A stretch of 64,000 nucleotides of DNA from assembly GCF_000143415.4 (NCBI RefSeq), contig NW_003314301.1:1356981-1420980 (forward strand). Direction: 5' to 3'. Shown here piece after piece: positions 47,505 to 59,924 of this stretch. Both the position numbers and the translations under genes were made by a program. The notes beneath the pieces were generated by a model. That model saw only the letters and a program-made list of their open reading frames with translations. It did not search any database and was not told the origin of the DNA. Every line of letters begins with the position of its first letter. Within the stretch, counting starts at the first letter, position 1. Source of the DNA: Selaginella moellendorffii (Eukaryota > Plantae > Lycopodiophyta).

Positions 47505-48170
47505 TCAATCGTCGACAAAGGTACCTACATTTCTCTGCGTACTTTTAGACCAGGATCTGGCCGAGCTCTCGGATTTAATTGGCGCTATACTATGGAGCAA
47601 ATAGTCCACACGAACGCGAGCCCAGCGCGATTCGATGGAACCGTAGCAGCAGGAGTCCGACGAAGTCGTCCATGAGGAAAAGAGCCAATGAGTTTTTGAC
47701 TATACGGAAGGATCTAGAGAGGAGGAAAAAGAAGGAACTTAAAGTCGAAAATGATCACCAGGTTACCACGGCACTCTGAGCAGCATTGTGATTTGTTAGA
47801 TTCTTGAGCCGCTGCTCTCCGATGTCCCGCGAGACGATCTGCTACTCCGCTCTCCACCCGCAAGTTTGTGCTGGCTCACAAAAAGGGCCTAGGTTCGTCA
47901 GAGTTTGTTCGTCAAGCCACTCTGGGGATTTGGATTCGTGCCGTTCTAAGTGCCAAGTGCGGGAACGAAATAACAATGCTTCTCGTCATCCTCTTCCGAG
48001 GCCTCGGTCATTCTAAAGTCGCTCATGCTGACGAGATTGACTTCTTCGTACGCACCTATTCTTCCCATTTTTCTTCTTTTTTCGTCCCTCGCAGCAAGAA
48101 AAGGTGGATGCACAAATCATATCCTCGGACTTCAAAACTCGACCACCATCACTCGAGTTCCTCTGCTCCA
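47505..48170 (+). pseudogene. Mosaic of deleted fragments from UreD, RBM28 (inverted) and the Ser-rich gene
   Basis: 47507-47540 ~ 44876-44910; 47551-47617 ~ 45776-45846; 47924-47960 ~ reverse complement of 44108-44140; 47982-48130 ~ 46231-46475. Confidence 0.75.
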
Positions 48171-48172
48171 GA

Positions 48173-48790
48173 ATGGCCTCTTCCCTCCAGGTTCTTCTCG
48201 TCTTCTTTTCTGTCCTCGCCGATTCAACTGATCCAGATTCACTCCAAGACTACTGCCTTCTTACTCAAGAGCAGCAGCACCAGTGCAAGAGCTCGCCATC
48301 ACCCAGTGACTTCGTCTCCAAAGTCCTGGGAAACACCACCAATACCCGGCCTCCACAGACCTGGAATGCCACTCTACTTTCCTCGGCAAACTTCCCAGCT
48401 CTCAACACAATGGACCTCACCATCGCCAGAGCCGAACTGGGAGTCGGAGGCACGGTCCCGCTGCACTACCACCCCCGAGCATCCGAGCTCGTCTTCATCG
48501 TGGAAGGAGTCGTGGAGGTCGGGTTTGTCGACACGAGCAACGTCCTGTTCATCCAGACCCTCCAGCCGGGGGACGTGACGATCGTTCCTAAAGGCATGCT
48601 CCACTACGAATACAATCCTGGCAGCAGCAGAGCCACCTTGCTGGCCTATAGTTAGAGTCCCGGTATCCTCGCCCCTGGCCCCGGTGTCTTTGGCTCTGGA
48701 ATTCGAGACGAAGTTATCGCAGCCTCCCTCGGTGGACTGGACCACGCCACGCTTGAAGCGGTGAAAGCTAAGTTCAAGCCTTGGTCGTGA
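48173..48790 (+). pseudogene. Germin-like tandem copy with premature stop
   Basis: Collinear with 46576-47208; a 6-nt deletion and CAG>TAG at 48653-48655; homology continues to 48790. Confidence 0.85.
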
Positions 48791-50094
48791 TAGAGTGAAT
48801 AAGCAATCCTTGACTGTTCAGTTGTTAACCATTAAAAGGTTGTAGGCTAGATCCATCAAGCGCGTGGGATCTTCTCCCGCAATCTTGTGACTTGGAACAC
48901 GCAATGGCGTCAAAAGATGGATGCTGGATTGTATCCCCCTATGGAACTCCTTGCGGGATATAGCCAAGGCTCGCCTAAGAAATCCTCGCTCTCATGCCCG
49001 CATTCTCCCACCGCGGCTCCAGGAATCCACAATATATAGGGCTTTGGCCGACTTATGGGCTAGAGGGAGCAAACAAATGATCCAGAGGAGCTGTGCGAGG
49101 AGAAGCACGACTGCACAAGAAGGAGGAGCTTCTCCGCGAGGAGAAGCTCATCTTACTGAAGTACGAGGGTATCGCACTATCCACAAGGAGTTGCCTTTTA
49201 CTTGCTGCTTAAACAACTCTCGCTCCCTTTTCTGTTGCTCTTGGTGTGTGATCGTGATCCTGACTTCGATTAAAAATTTGAGCTCCAACTTGGACCTTGG
49301 ATTAACTCTCTTGGATTAACTCTGGAACAAATATATTTTTCGTGCTCGGAAAACAAATGTATTACATTTATTTAGTGTTCTAGTGAGTTGTGCAAATTGT
49401 GAATCTTCATGAGCGTGTTTGAAGGGCGTTTGGCACTCTGTCTCTTTCCTTCTCTTTCCCCTCGGAAGTGGAAGGGACTGATCTTCTGGCACGAAAAGAA
49501 AAACAAAAGAACGTGAGAGATCATATCTGGCACGGCATTGTGACTGCTAAGCTTACATGCGTTCTGGAGTGTGAGGAGAGCTTTCGTCCTTTTTATTGCT
49601 GTGTAAAAACAAGAAAACATGTTTTCGTTCTGGACGTGATCTTCAAAGTGAAGAATCTTGCTTTCGAGTTCCTCGAGGAACTTAGTTTCGTGAAGAACAA
49701 ACTCTGACAGAAAGGAAAAAAAGTTACCATCTCCCAAGAACAAACGAGAGCACACCAAGAAATCTCAAGAACTTTACTTTGACTCGCCCGGGTTGTCCGT
49801 CGTGCAGCCCATCGTGCTTGGATTTTGGCCCGGGTCCGAGAGAAAAACTCATCTCTAGCCTTTCCTGAGCTCTTTGTTCTCGGCCTCGAGCGAGGTTTGC
49901 TTCTTCTGGAAATCCTGTTTTTGCTTGTCACAGACACCTTCCATGGATCGCAAGCACTCGGCAAGCTTGCCATTCCTCTTCTTGCCTGATCTGGGAGAAA
50001 AAACTCTCCTCCATGGCGAGGACCCTGAAACGATCAACGAAAGACTAGAACATCAGATCGCCTCCAGCCGTTAACTGGCGCCATTTTAACGCGC

Positions 50095-51208
50095 CTAATG
50101 CTGTTCCTTTTGGTTTTCTGGAATGATTGAGAAAACAACGGGGAAAATAGTGGTGGAAGGTTGCGAACGAATGGAGTTTTCTTCCGGTGGCGTCGCAGCT
50201 AAAGGCTTTTTCACCTCTCGGGAGGCGGCCACGGGACTCTTTCGGTCCTCGTCAACGTCCTTTGCTCTGCCTGGCTCTGTCACAACTTTGCTTAACACTT
50301 TACTCACCAAGTTCTCGTCTAAAGGTTTCTCCTCTTCTTCGTCATCTTCCTCGTTGTCTTCTTCATCCTCCTTGTCTTCTTCTTCGTCACTCACAATTCC
50401 ATCCGATTCACTTGTGTAGCCTATGAATTCAAAGCCTTTCGATCTAAAACACTGAACACAATTACTACTTGCAAAAGGGAAGATTTTTTCCGACCATCCG
50501 GATTACGGGGTGTGGTCTCCCAGACAAAGCCAGCAGCTGAAAATTTTTCTTTCAGCATTGCATCCGTCACCTGGTTAGAAAACTTGGCGATAAGAAAATG
50601 TCGCTAAAAACTAGCGTTCTACCTTGAAAGGCAAGTTGCGAATAATGAGCCTCCACTTTTTGAGTTTAGAGCCCTGCGCAAATGCAAAACATCGCAAGCT
50701 TACGAAAAGTTGTTTAAGACAATTGTCTATCTCTCCTCCCAATTGCCTGGCCCAAAACACTTCATTGCCGAGTTTTTGGAGATGGTAAGTTGCAACGGCC
50801 TGCCGAGTCGCCGTCACTGATGTAAAAACTATAGCTGCAGCAGGAAGCTTGCAGCCATCCCGTGAAAGTCCTGATATAAAAGAAGTTGAAACTTTGGAAG
50901 ACACGAACAGTAAAATTACCATACTGGTTGATATATGCTTCCGAGAGATTTTTCTCGACACTTTCGACAGTTCCGAGCTTCTTGCTTCAGCTGTTTCTGA
51001 GTTACCGATCACTACTGTCCTTGCAGGTCTGTAAGAACAACAAAAGCCTCATAGAATGTTAGAACTTTGAAAGGAAGAAGGAAAACGAGAACCTTTGTTT
51101 TTCGGAGGCTGCATTCTGAGAAGATTCAGCAGTCTCTTTGACTTGAGAAATCCTTTCCTTTTTGGCTTTCACATGACTTTTTGCAGTGCCCTGCTTTGGC
51201 TTTTCTGC
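50095..51208 (-). pseudogene. Partial, multiply deleted copy of RBM28
   Basis: Near-identical to 42250-43830 including introns, with internal deletions (e.g. ~42700-42985 missing). Confidence 0.9.
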
Positions 51209-51472
51209 TTGGCAAAAAGGAAGGGCTAAAGAATATTCTGTTACAATATTCATTACTGTTTAAAGAATATTTTGAAGAATATTACCAATTTTTATTTCTT
51301 TTTTTGAATATGCTAAGAATATTATTTTATAATAATTTAATATTCTGTCATTATGTAATTACTACAACTATACTTTATGTTGTAACTATAAACTATTATA
51401 TAATATCAGATATTATTATAACTACAATAAATTATAACTCAAATCCATACACAATCCATACATATAGAAGAA

Positions 51473-54400
51473 TTAAGTTGCTTTCTTCTTCTCTCTCACA
51501 TTTTTTGTTTTTCTCTCTTCTTCTCTTTGTGCATAATCATCAACAAACTTTGATATGAAAGTTGACTTTTCCTTAATGTACATGTTATAATGCTTTGAAT
51601 GCCTGTCCATAAACTCAGTTATAACCTTCATGTGGGGTGGCATATCATTAGGAGCTTTCTTCATAATAATGTGTTAAAACCATTATATGATGCTAGGATC
51701 ACAATTTATTCCAAAGGCATTGTGACGATTGTGTCGAGAAATAACTAAGAAAGCCCTTATGCCATTGAAGAAGTCAAGGATACAATCACTCTCATGGCAA
51801 ATGCATCACACAACTATGTCTACCAAAGCTTTTGACTTTTGTGAAAGAGGTTGCCTATAAAAAATATTTGAGGTATTTTCTTGTTTAAAAAGAAACGATT
51901 TACCAACTTTTACATTTAATGTCATCTATGATAATGTTGGTTGATTCATGTTGGAGGAGATTTGACGAAAGGTTCAAAAGCAAAACCACTTTTTCCTTTA
52001 TTTCCATTCTCTTATGGAACAATAACATTGAGATAGCTTTGATCAATATTGCAAAATCAATTACTAATTAGGAAACACAAGAACTTTAAATATAACTGCT
52101 TTTTGCCTCTAAAGCCCCAACCTGTTCATGACTTTAATATGTAATTTTTGATTAAGACAAAGTGAGCTTGAGAAAACACTTTTGCCATCCCAATTATTTG
52201 TGATGTCATCCTAATGGCTAAATACCAACAGAAAGTCTCATAAAATTCATTTGCAAAATTAATACTAGAATAAAACTGGGTTGGATCATTGTCATTATAT
52301 TTCTTCATTAGCCCCCCCGGCAGCTCTAATGAAGCCCAAAGAAAGTAAAGGATAACCAAGTCTAAAAAGTTATTCAATAAATGAGCACTAAAAAGATTAA
52401 AAGAAAAATTTACTTACTCAATGTGAAAGTTTATTAATAGAGGAACTCCGAGAGTAGCAATACATAAACTTCAGTTCCTTGAGAATTAATTTATGTTGCT
52501 TAAAAGTCCCAATATCTAGAGCTTTCTTATCTTCACCAGTTTTAAAATTGTCATTAAAATCCTTATCAACATATTTCTTATATGTCTTATAGCCTCTTGA
52601 AGAATGAATTTAGCCAAGTTTTCCATAGCTTTATGCTAGACAACAAAGTGGCCAAATGCTTTTGGCGTCTTGTTTAGATCATCAATATATGGTTTCCACC
52701 CAAGCTTGCGAAAAAGCTTTCTTCTGTTTTTCTTTGAAATTGGGACTTCTTCCACCTTAAGATTAGTAGAAAAACACAGTTAAATACAAATTAAATAAAG
52801 AAATTTTGTTAGCTTATTAGATGTAGTAAATACCTCTAATGTAGCATGTAGTCTCCTCTTCTTTTTTGACTATGTCTTCACTTTGGCAGGTTTGTCAACA
52901 TTATCAAATTCCATCAAAAATTCCTCCCTGATAGTCATAAGTTACTTTTCCTTAAACCACTTATGTGCATATGAATTCCACATTTCTTGCTCCACATTTG
53001 ACATCATAGCAACACCAAGATCGACAGTTTTCTTGCTCATAGTTTGTAACTCTAGTATATTTAGGTAGCTTCTCATTCCAATACATATAAGTAGGCGAGG
53101 TAGGGGATAACCACGGCTCAACAATAGTTGGAATTGCCTTCCACACAGATTTGAAGTACCTAAAAAATAAAGAAAATTAAAACTTGAAGAGTACAAAGTG
53201 ATGGAAGTGTTATCTATATGTAAGATGTTGACCAACTTTTTGCATTATTGCATCATTTGTCTCATCTCCCTAGTCTTCATCATCCTCCTCTTCAGTCTTG
53301 ACTTTACTGGACACTAGTTGAAGTTGCAGTTAAATCTATAAAATGCTAAACTCAAGCTTGCACTCGTTATAATACTCCAACACTATTTTATACTTTAATT
53401 AATCTACTCTAGAGAAGAGTTCTTCACCCACCTCCTTAACATATCCAATTGCTTTTTCCACCACCTTGATGTTCATCACTTTTTTCCTCCACCACACTCA
53501 GAACGACTTATCAATAGTTGGGATTGAAGAGTGGACAATCTTAGACGATCTGCCAGCTACTCTTAACTCCTTGAATGCTACTAGCTTATATGAATTTGGA
53601 ATTCGTGCTAAATCTATTATGTTTAGCTTCTCGAACATACACTATTTATATTGTAAATCCTCTACATTGAAGCTTGTGACAACATCAAACCATTCCTCCC
53701 TAAGATCTGAATGTGAGATGTTGATCAACTTTATCATTTTTACTGTATGTTTTTGCTTAATTTTGTCCTCTTCTTAGCAGCAATATCAATGTCAAGGCCC
53801 TTCTTCTTCAATCTCTCTAAATCCTTATTGATGTTATATTAGAGAAGCAAAAAACTTGAAATAAATACTTTAGCAAGTTTAAGTACCTCAAATAGGATGT
53901 GTGTGTAGATATATTGAGGGAACTTGGCAGAGCTATTGTGCTTTTTGGATGGCTACTGTCATGTTCAATTAGACCTTTTCCTCATTTATGAACTTGTCTA
54001 TAATCTTGCTAACATCTTCTTGAAGAATGTTTTGCGTAGCCATAATCATGTGTGGAAGAGTCATTTTGACTACAACATCTTTATATTGCATACATAAAAA
54101 AAATTATATTAATAAAGAATTTAGAAAAGAAATGAGCATACTTATTCACTGAAGTCAAAGTTGTAATGAGTGTTATATGATCTTTGTCCTGGAACTCTAT
54201 CACCACAACATCTGCCATAACATAATATCTCGAAATCTTCTCATTAGTTGGATTTAGATAATTCAAATTTATCCACAACAACTATGCCTTGAGTTAGTGA
54301 TTTCCCTCCCACATAAGTAACATTTGATTGGAAAGAACCTCTTTCCATTCGACATAAGTCTTATCCCTCAAAGTGGCTTCAAATTCTATGTCAAGCCACT

Positions 54401-54900
54401 ACTATGTCTCATTCCAAAAAGCTCTTTTATCATTCAAAAGTGGTGAATCCTTCACCACAATAAACTTGGACTCTATTTGCACAAAGCCTCACTGTTGAAT
54501 GGAAAATTTAAGTTAGTCCACAATGTCCACCATAGATTGCACTACTAGATTTGCGATCATGTAGCATAAAGGCACTCGAGGAGGTGGAACTTTCTTCTTA
54601 ATTGTCAGTCATTATAGCAAATTTAAGACAACCTCCACTTTGAACTTCAGGGGACAATTGAATGAGCTTGTATCCAAAACTTCTTTTTGTGCTTATAGCT
54701 TTACTTTCCACTTTTCCTTTCCTTTAACCCCATCCTCGGGTTCCTCTATAGTTTATTCTTTTTTGTGTGACTTGACTCTTCAAAGGGTTAAGGCCATCAT
54801 CATCCTCTTTTTCATCTTGTTGTTGCTCCTCTTCCTCTTCAAACTCATCTCCAAGCAATTGAAGATTTTTATTTGCTCGGGATTCTTAGTTTCCTCACTT
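51473..54900 (-). pseudogene. Decayed ParB-like + N4C/N6A DNA methyltransferase gene (intron-containing, probably transposon-borne)
   Basis: RVPLCYMIAN...VD*LKFSIQQ*GFV...FIV...LMWEGNH*LKA* at ~54270-54585; PLSQKSKALVDIVV*CICHESDCILDFFNGIRAF...NAFGINCDP at ~51690-51855. Confidence 0.6.
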
Positions 54901-55058
54901 TCTTGAGGATTACTTGAAACGCTTAAGAAAGGTTTTCTCACTTGTGCAACTTAGTGAAGTCTAGAAAGAGTAGGCATAAACTTGAGAAAAAAATAAAAAT
55001 AAAATAAGATCTGTAATTGCAAATCAAAGTGGTTAAGTGTAGGAATCAACTCACTTAC

Positions 55059-55287
55059 CACCACTTGAGTGCCACCACCCGAGCTGCTGTGGGGGGAGCC
55101 ATGGCACTACTCCCCCTCACATGGCAGCTAAGGTGGTGGCAAGCGCCACCACTTGAAGCTGCCATAGGGGGGGCCATGGCACCCCTCCCCCTCATGCAGC
55201 AGCTCGGGGTGGCAAGTCCCACCACTTGGACTTGCCATGGGGGAGCCATGGCATCACTCCCTCTCATGTAGTAGTGCAATTTGCAGT
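55059..55287. repeat. Three tandem ~70-88-bp hairpin-forming repeats
   Basis: Units start ccaccacttg (55059, 55146, 55220); each has GGGG(G)AGCCATGGC...CTCCCCC. Confidence 0.75.
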
Positions 55288-56487
55288 CATAGTCCATGTG
55301 GTTTTGACCCTTTATCCTATGGTGATTTACCATAGGATAACACCACGAAGTAGAACTTAAACCCTCTTTATGCCATGTGACACATGCCATGTGTCATATG
55401 CCACATGTCCAAAGGATAGTGGTGTGAAATTGAAGGTTTAGGGCCTTGGGCCACTGAATGAAGGAACGATGCCAAACTCCCAAGCATGAAGCCAAAGAGT
55501 GACAAAACTAGACCACGGAGCAACTCCCGAGCATATAGCCCAAGGAGTGAAGGGACAAGAGCCCAAAGCAACTTAGAATAATTCTAGAGCAACCAACATC
55601 CCAATGCCAAGATTAGCAGGCAAAATGGAGCCAAACAGAATCTGACACTATTTTGGCATACTAGTGGCCTAACGCAAGGATATGAGTATTCCACCAACTA
55701 ACATGGTGTGGAACTTTGTTTTAGACCCAGTTGGATGCAGAACAAAGATAAACACGCAAGCAGGAGCTAAACTATGCCTCAAGTTGGTCAGCTATGCCCA
55801 ATCTACCCACTATCCCTACTATACATTTGGAACCCCTTACAGCCCCCTCCCCTTTGAGGAACACGCTTTGGGCTTTCACCCCAAGCCTCCCTTAGTATCA
55901 GGAGTTAGTTTCTGGGACAAGTTTGAAGGAGAGTACAAAAACTCATCCCAAATAGCACAAAGAAGTTTTTAGGAGAATGAAGCTGAAACTTATTAAATAT
56001 GGAATATCCCTAGATTGCGAATTTGGACACGGGACGAACACCATTGTGTTCAGGCTGATCTCTACATTCCGTAGATATGCTAAATGAGCAAATCTAGACA
56101 CTTTCCATAAATAGCATTTGGGACCGAAATGAGATTAACACAAAGAGTGTGATAGTGAAGGTGTTTGGCAGATACGGTAAACTATCACCTAGCGATATTG
56201 AGGGACTAGTCTCAGTACGTGAGGGTTCTTGCTAAGCCAATGCAAGACAAAGCAAAAGAGAACTAAAAGCCAGGCTGAGTATGCTCAGCTAGAAACACAT
56301 AGAAGTTCTTACCTTATGTCCATTTGGCTAAGTACATGTGCTAAGCCCAATAAACTGACACTTGAACAAAAGGGGCTGATAAAGGGTTCAACAATACTGA
56401 CCTCTTGCCGTCGTGGCAGTAAGTAAAGAGTGTCCGTAAGGATTAGCCAATAGATAACTTTCGTTACCTGAAGTCACATTTGCGATA
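55288..56487. mobile_element. 1.2-kb insertion, probable solo LTR, TSD GCAGT
   Basis: GCAGT at 55283-55287 and 56488-56492; the duplicated segment at ~57117-57145 shows the empty site. Confidence 0.7.
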
Positions 56488-57715
56488 GCAGTTGATTCTT
56501 GTGGTCAGGGTTGCCCAAGTTGGGTAAGCTTGATCTGCCACGGGAGCTCAGGTGGGGCCATGGCAATATGGAGAGAGTGCTTCTTACTTGTTACTCCTTA
56601 CTATGGTCAACCCATCTCTCATTTAGAAACCCTAGCTGCCAAAACTCCTACCCAATTTTAATGCTGACATCAGCCCTAGATCCCCCTTAAAGCCCTTAAT
56701 CAATTTTGGAGAAAATGAAATAAAATTATAGCCGTAAGAATTTATTGTTATTAATAATTTAATTTTTCTTGTAAGATGTTGTGAGACACAAATCCCTAAG
56801 CCCCAAAGTGGAGTAGAAAAGGTGCCACATGGTAGTGGTTTAAATGGAAGTCCAACAAGCATAACATCTTTAGACCAAAGGCTTCGACTTGGAAAGTCGA
56901 GAGTGGGAATGAAACTTTAAACGAAGTGCTCAAAAGGAGCACAAAGCAATTGGTAAATGAGTCTCTAAAAAGAGACATAAGAAGGATTGACATATGGCAA
57001 GTGTCTTGACACATGGAAGTGTCAAGAACAAATCTGAGAAGAAGTCTTAGATGGAGTAGATAACTAGTTTCCACTTGGACTTGCTCTGAGGGGGGCCATA
57101 GCATCACTCCTCTTATGTAGTAGTGCAATTTGTAGTTGATTCTTGTGGTTAGGGCTGCCTAAGCTGGGCAAGCTCCATCTGCCACAGGAGCTTAGGTGGG
57201 GCCATGGCAATATGGAGAGAGTGCTTCTTACTGTGTGCTTGTTACTCCTTATTATGGTTAACCCATCTCTCATTTAGAAACCCTAGCTGCCAAAACTCCT
57301 ACCCAATTTTAATGCTGACATCAGCCCTAGATCTTCCTTAAAGCCCTAAATCAATTTTGGAGAAAATGAAATAAAGTTATAGCTGTAAAAATTTACTATT
57401 ATTAATGATTTAATTTTTTTTTGTAAGATGTTGTGAAACACAAATCCCTAAGCCCCAAAGTGGAGTAGAAAAGGTGCCACATAGTAGTGGTTTAAATGGA
57501 AGTCCAACAAACATAACATCTTTAGACCAAAGGCTTCGATTTGGAAAGTCAAAAGTGGGAATGAAACTCTAAACAAAGTGCTCGAAAGGAGCACAAAGAA
57601 ATTGGTAAATGAGTCTCTAAAAAGAGACACAAGAAGGACTGATATGTGGCAAGTGTTGTGACACATAGAAGTGTCAAGAACAAGTCTGAGAAGGAGTCTT
57701 AGATGGAGTCAAATA
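56488..57715 (+). repeat. ~644-bp tandem duplication including the start of an LTR
   Basis: 56491-57060 ~ 57135-57710; 57071-57135 ~ 55223-55287. Confidence 0.9.
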
Positions 57716-59924
57716 TGGACCTGAGATGGAGTCCGAGATGGACATGAGATGGAGTTTGAGATGGACTTGAGATGCAATCCGAGATGGACCCAAGATGCAA
57801 TTCAAGATGGAGTCTGACATGGACCCGAGATGGAGTCCAAGGTGGAGACTGAGATTGACTCGAGATGGAGTCCAAGGTGGAGTTCAAGATGGACTTGAGA
57901 TGGAGTTTGAGGTGGAGTATAAAATGGACCCGAGATGGAGTCTAAGGTGGAGTCTGAGATGGACTAGAGATGGAGTCCGAGGTTGAGGTCGAGACTGAGA
58001 CCAAGACCGAGACCGAGACCAAGATCGAGTTCGAGATTGAGTTCGAGTCTGAGACTAAGTCCAAGACTAAGTCCGAGACTAAGTTCGAGTCCAAGTTTGA
58101 GTCTGAGGGTGAAAGCCCAAAGTGTTCTTCTCCCAAACCCTGGGGGGTTTGGTGAGCTCCAAAAGTATACTAGCAAGAGGACTCTAGTGGAGCCAATTTG
58201 GCCAGGAAAGGAAGGAAAGCTATACCCATTTGTTAGGTGATGATATATTCACTGAGGAGTCCAAGGCTAAAGTGAATACGAACAAACAAACAGGGTAGCT
58301 TGGTGAAGTGTTCAAGAGCCAACTTTAGCTCCCTTAGGAGTTTAAAATGGTGAATGCTCTTAATCCAAGTGTGGGTGGCACTACCTATTTAAATACCTAG
58401 TGTGGCTCATTGGAACCTTGCTTTAGCCATATAGCTAGGGCACCCAAAGGCGGAAGGTGGAGAGCACGAGGCTTATGTAGGGCCAAGGTGTTTCGAAATG
58501 TTATTCCAAAGTCCCAAATTATGGAAAGGAAAAGAAGCAATCCTTTAATGTAGAGACCAAAGATACAAGCACATGGTAAGGAAGTCCCAGATGTTAGTGG
58601 GACATAATGGTTAGGCTTGTGAGCCTTGACTCAATGGCGATGTTGGCAAACACAGTCGTGGACAGAAAAGGATTTAGTCTGAAAAAGGGATATTGGGGAA
58701 GATTATTCCCCATGTATATAGGCATCTAAAGAATGTTAAGGAGTGGATCTAAAATGATCACTCATGAATGGATAACCCAATCTTTGAGAGATGGGATTGT
58801 GATATAGGTGGTGTTAGATCACCAGTGGGATAAAGATGAATGAGCATGGCTTTAGCGTAACGGGCTGATATGTTAGTGATACCTTTGGGTGTTAGTCATG
58901 AGATCAAATACGTGGAACACTTGGACTAAGTGCAAAAGTTGAGTGGAATGGATGCTATTCTTGGGGCTAGTAAGTCTCTAAATCCAGAATAAGACTTATG
59001 AAGGTTGTGAGTAAGACTCTTTCAAGTGGTCAGAGGTGTAGTTAAGTAACTAAAGTAAAATGGAAAATTTAGTTGCTTATAATTTAGTATAATTTAGTAA
59101 TTTAGCTGTTCCTTAGTCTAACTTTTATTGATAGTCAAGTATATCACCACTTGTCCTGGCATCCAAATGTCCTAAAATTGGGCCTATCCTCGAGGAGTAG
59201 CATATTGAAAGGGCATGACTCTCCACTTTAGTTCATAAGTGAACATGTTGACAATGTGGTGGATAAAAAGGGGCCAATAAGGGTATGATTTTGGGATTTT
59301 GGGAATAATATAAGGTTTTCCTTAGAGAGTTGAGGATGTGATCTAGATGAGTGATTAACTTAGTAAATTGGCTAATGTAGTTATGGTAAACAACTATAGT
59401 TGTGATCACGGAAAAGATAGAGACTCCAAAACAATAAAGGAGTCACAAGATTATCTTTATATAATTGAGGAGCTCATGAATTTGAGACCAGAGTTAATGA
59501 TTATGGGAGGTCAAATATGGATGAAGATACGAGTCATTAAAATGGTAGCCGAGGCTACCTTCAATAAATGCTGGAACAAACCCAAGGAGTTAAGAGTGTA
59601 TTTAGAGGATAAGCTAGTATTCTCATCATATGTCCTAAGGGGCAAAGGTAGTCCACAGGGAACAAAAAATAATCAAGTGTCGAAGTAACATTTGCAAAGA
59701 TGGTCTTTGTGAGTAGGATATAAATATAAGAAGTTGTATTCTAGTGAATTGGCATCTCAAAAATAACTGCGAGGCTAGGACCTTACAGGTCAAGTAATGG
59801 GAAAAGTGTTTCTGGAAGAAAGCAATTTTGGCACAAAGTTACATATGAACACCATAGTGTAATGTTAACTAATAGTTGGCATGAGAAATGATTGTTTTGG
59901 TCTTGGCAAAGACCTAAACACGAG

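Noticed and set aside
48900-50080. Coiled-coil-like gene fragments
   Set aside because: Broken frames and no recognisable family; cannot build a supported model.
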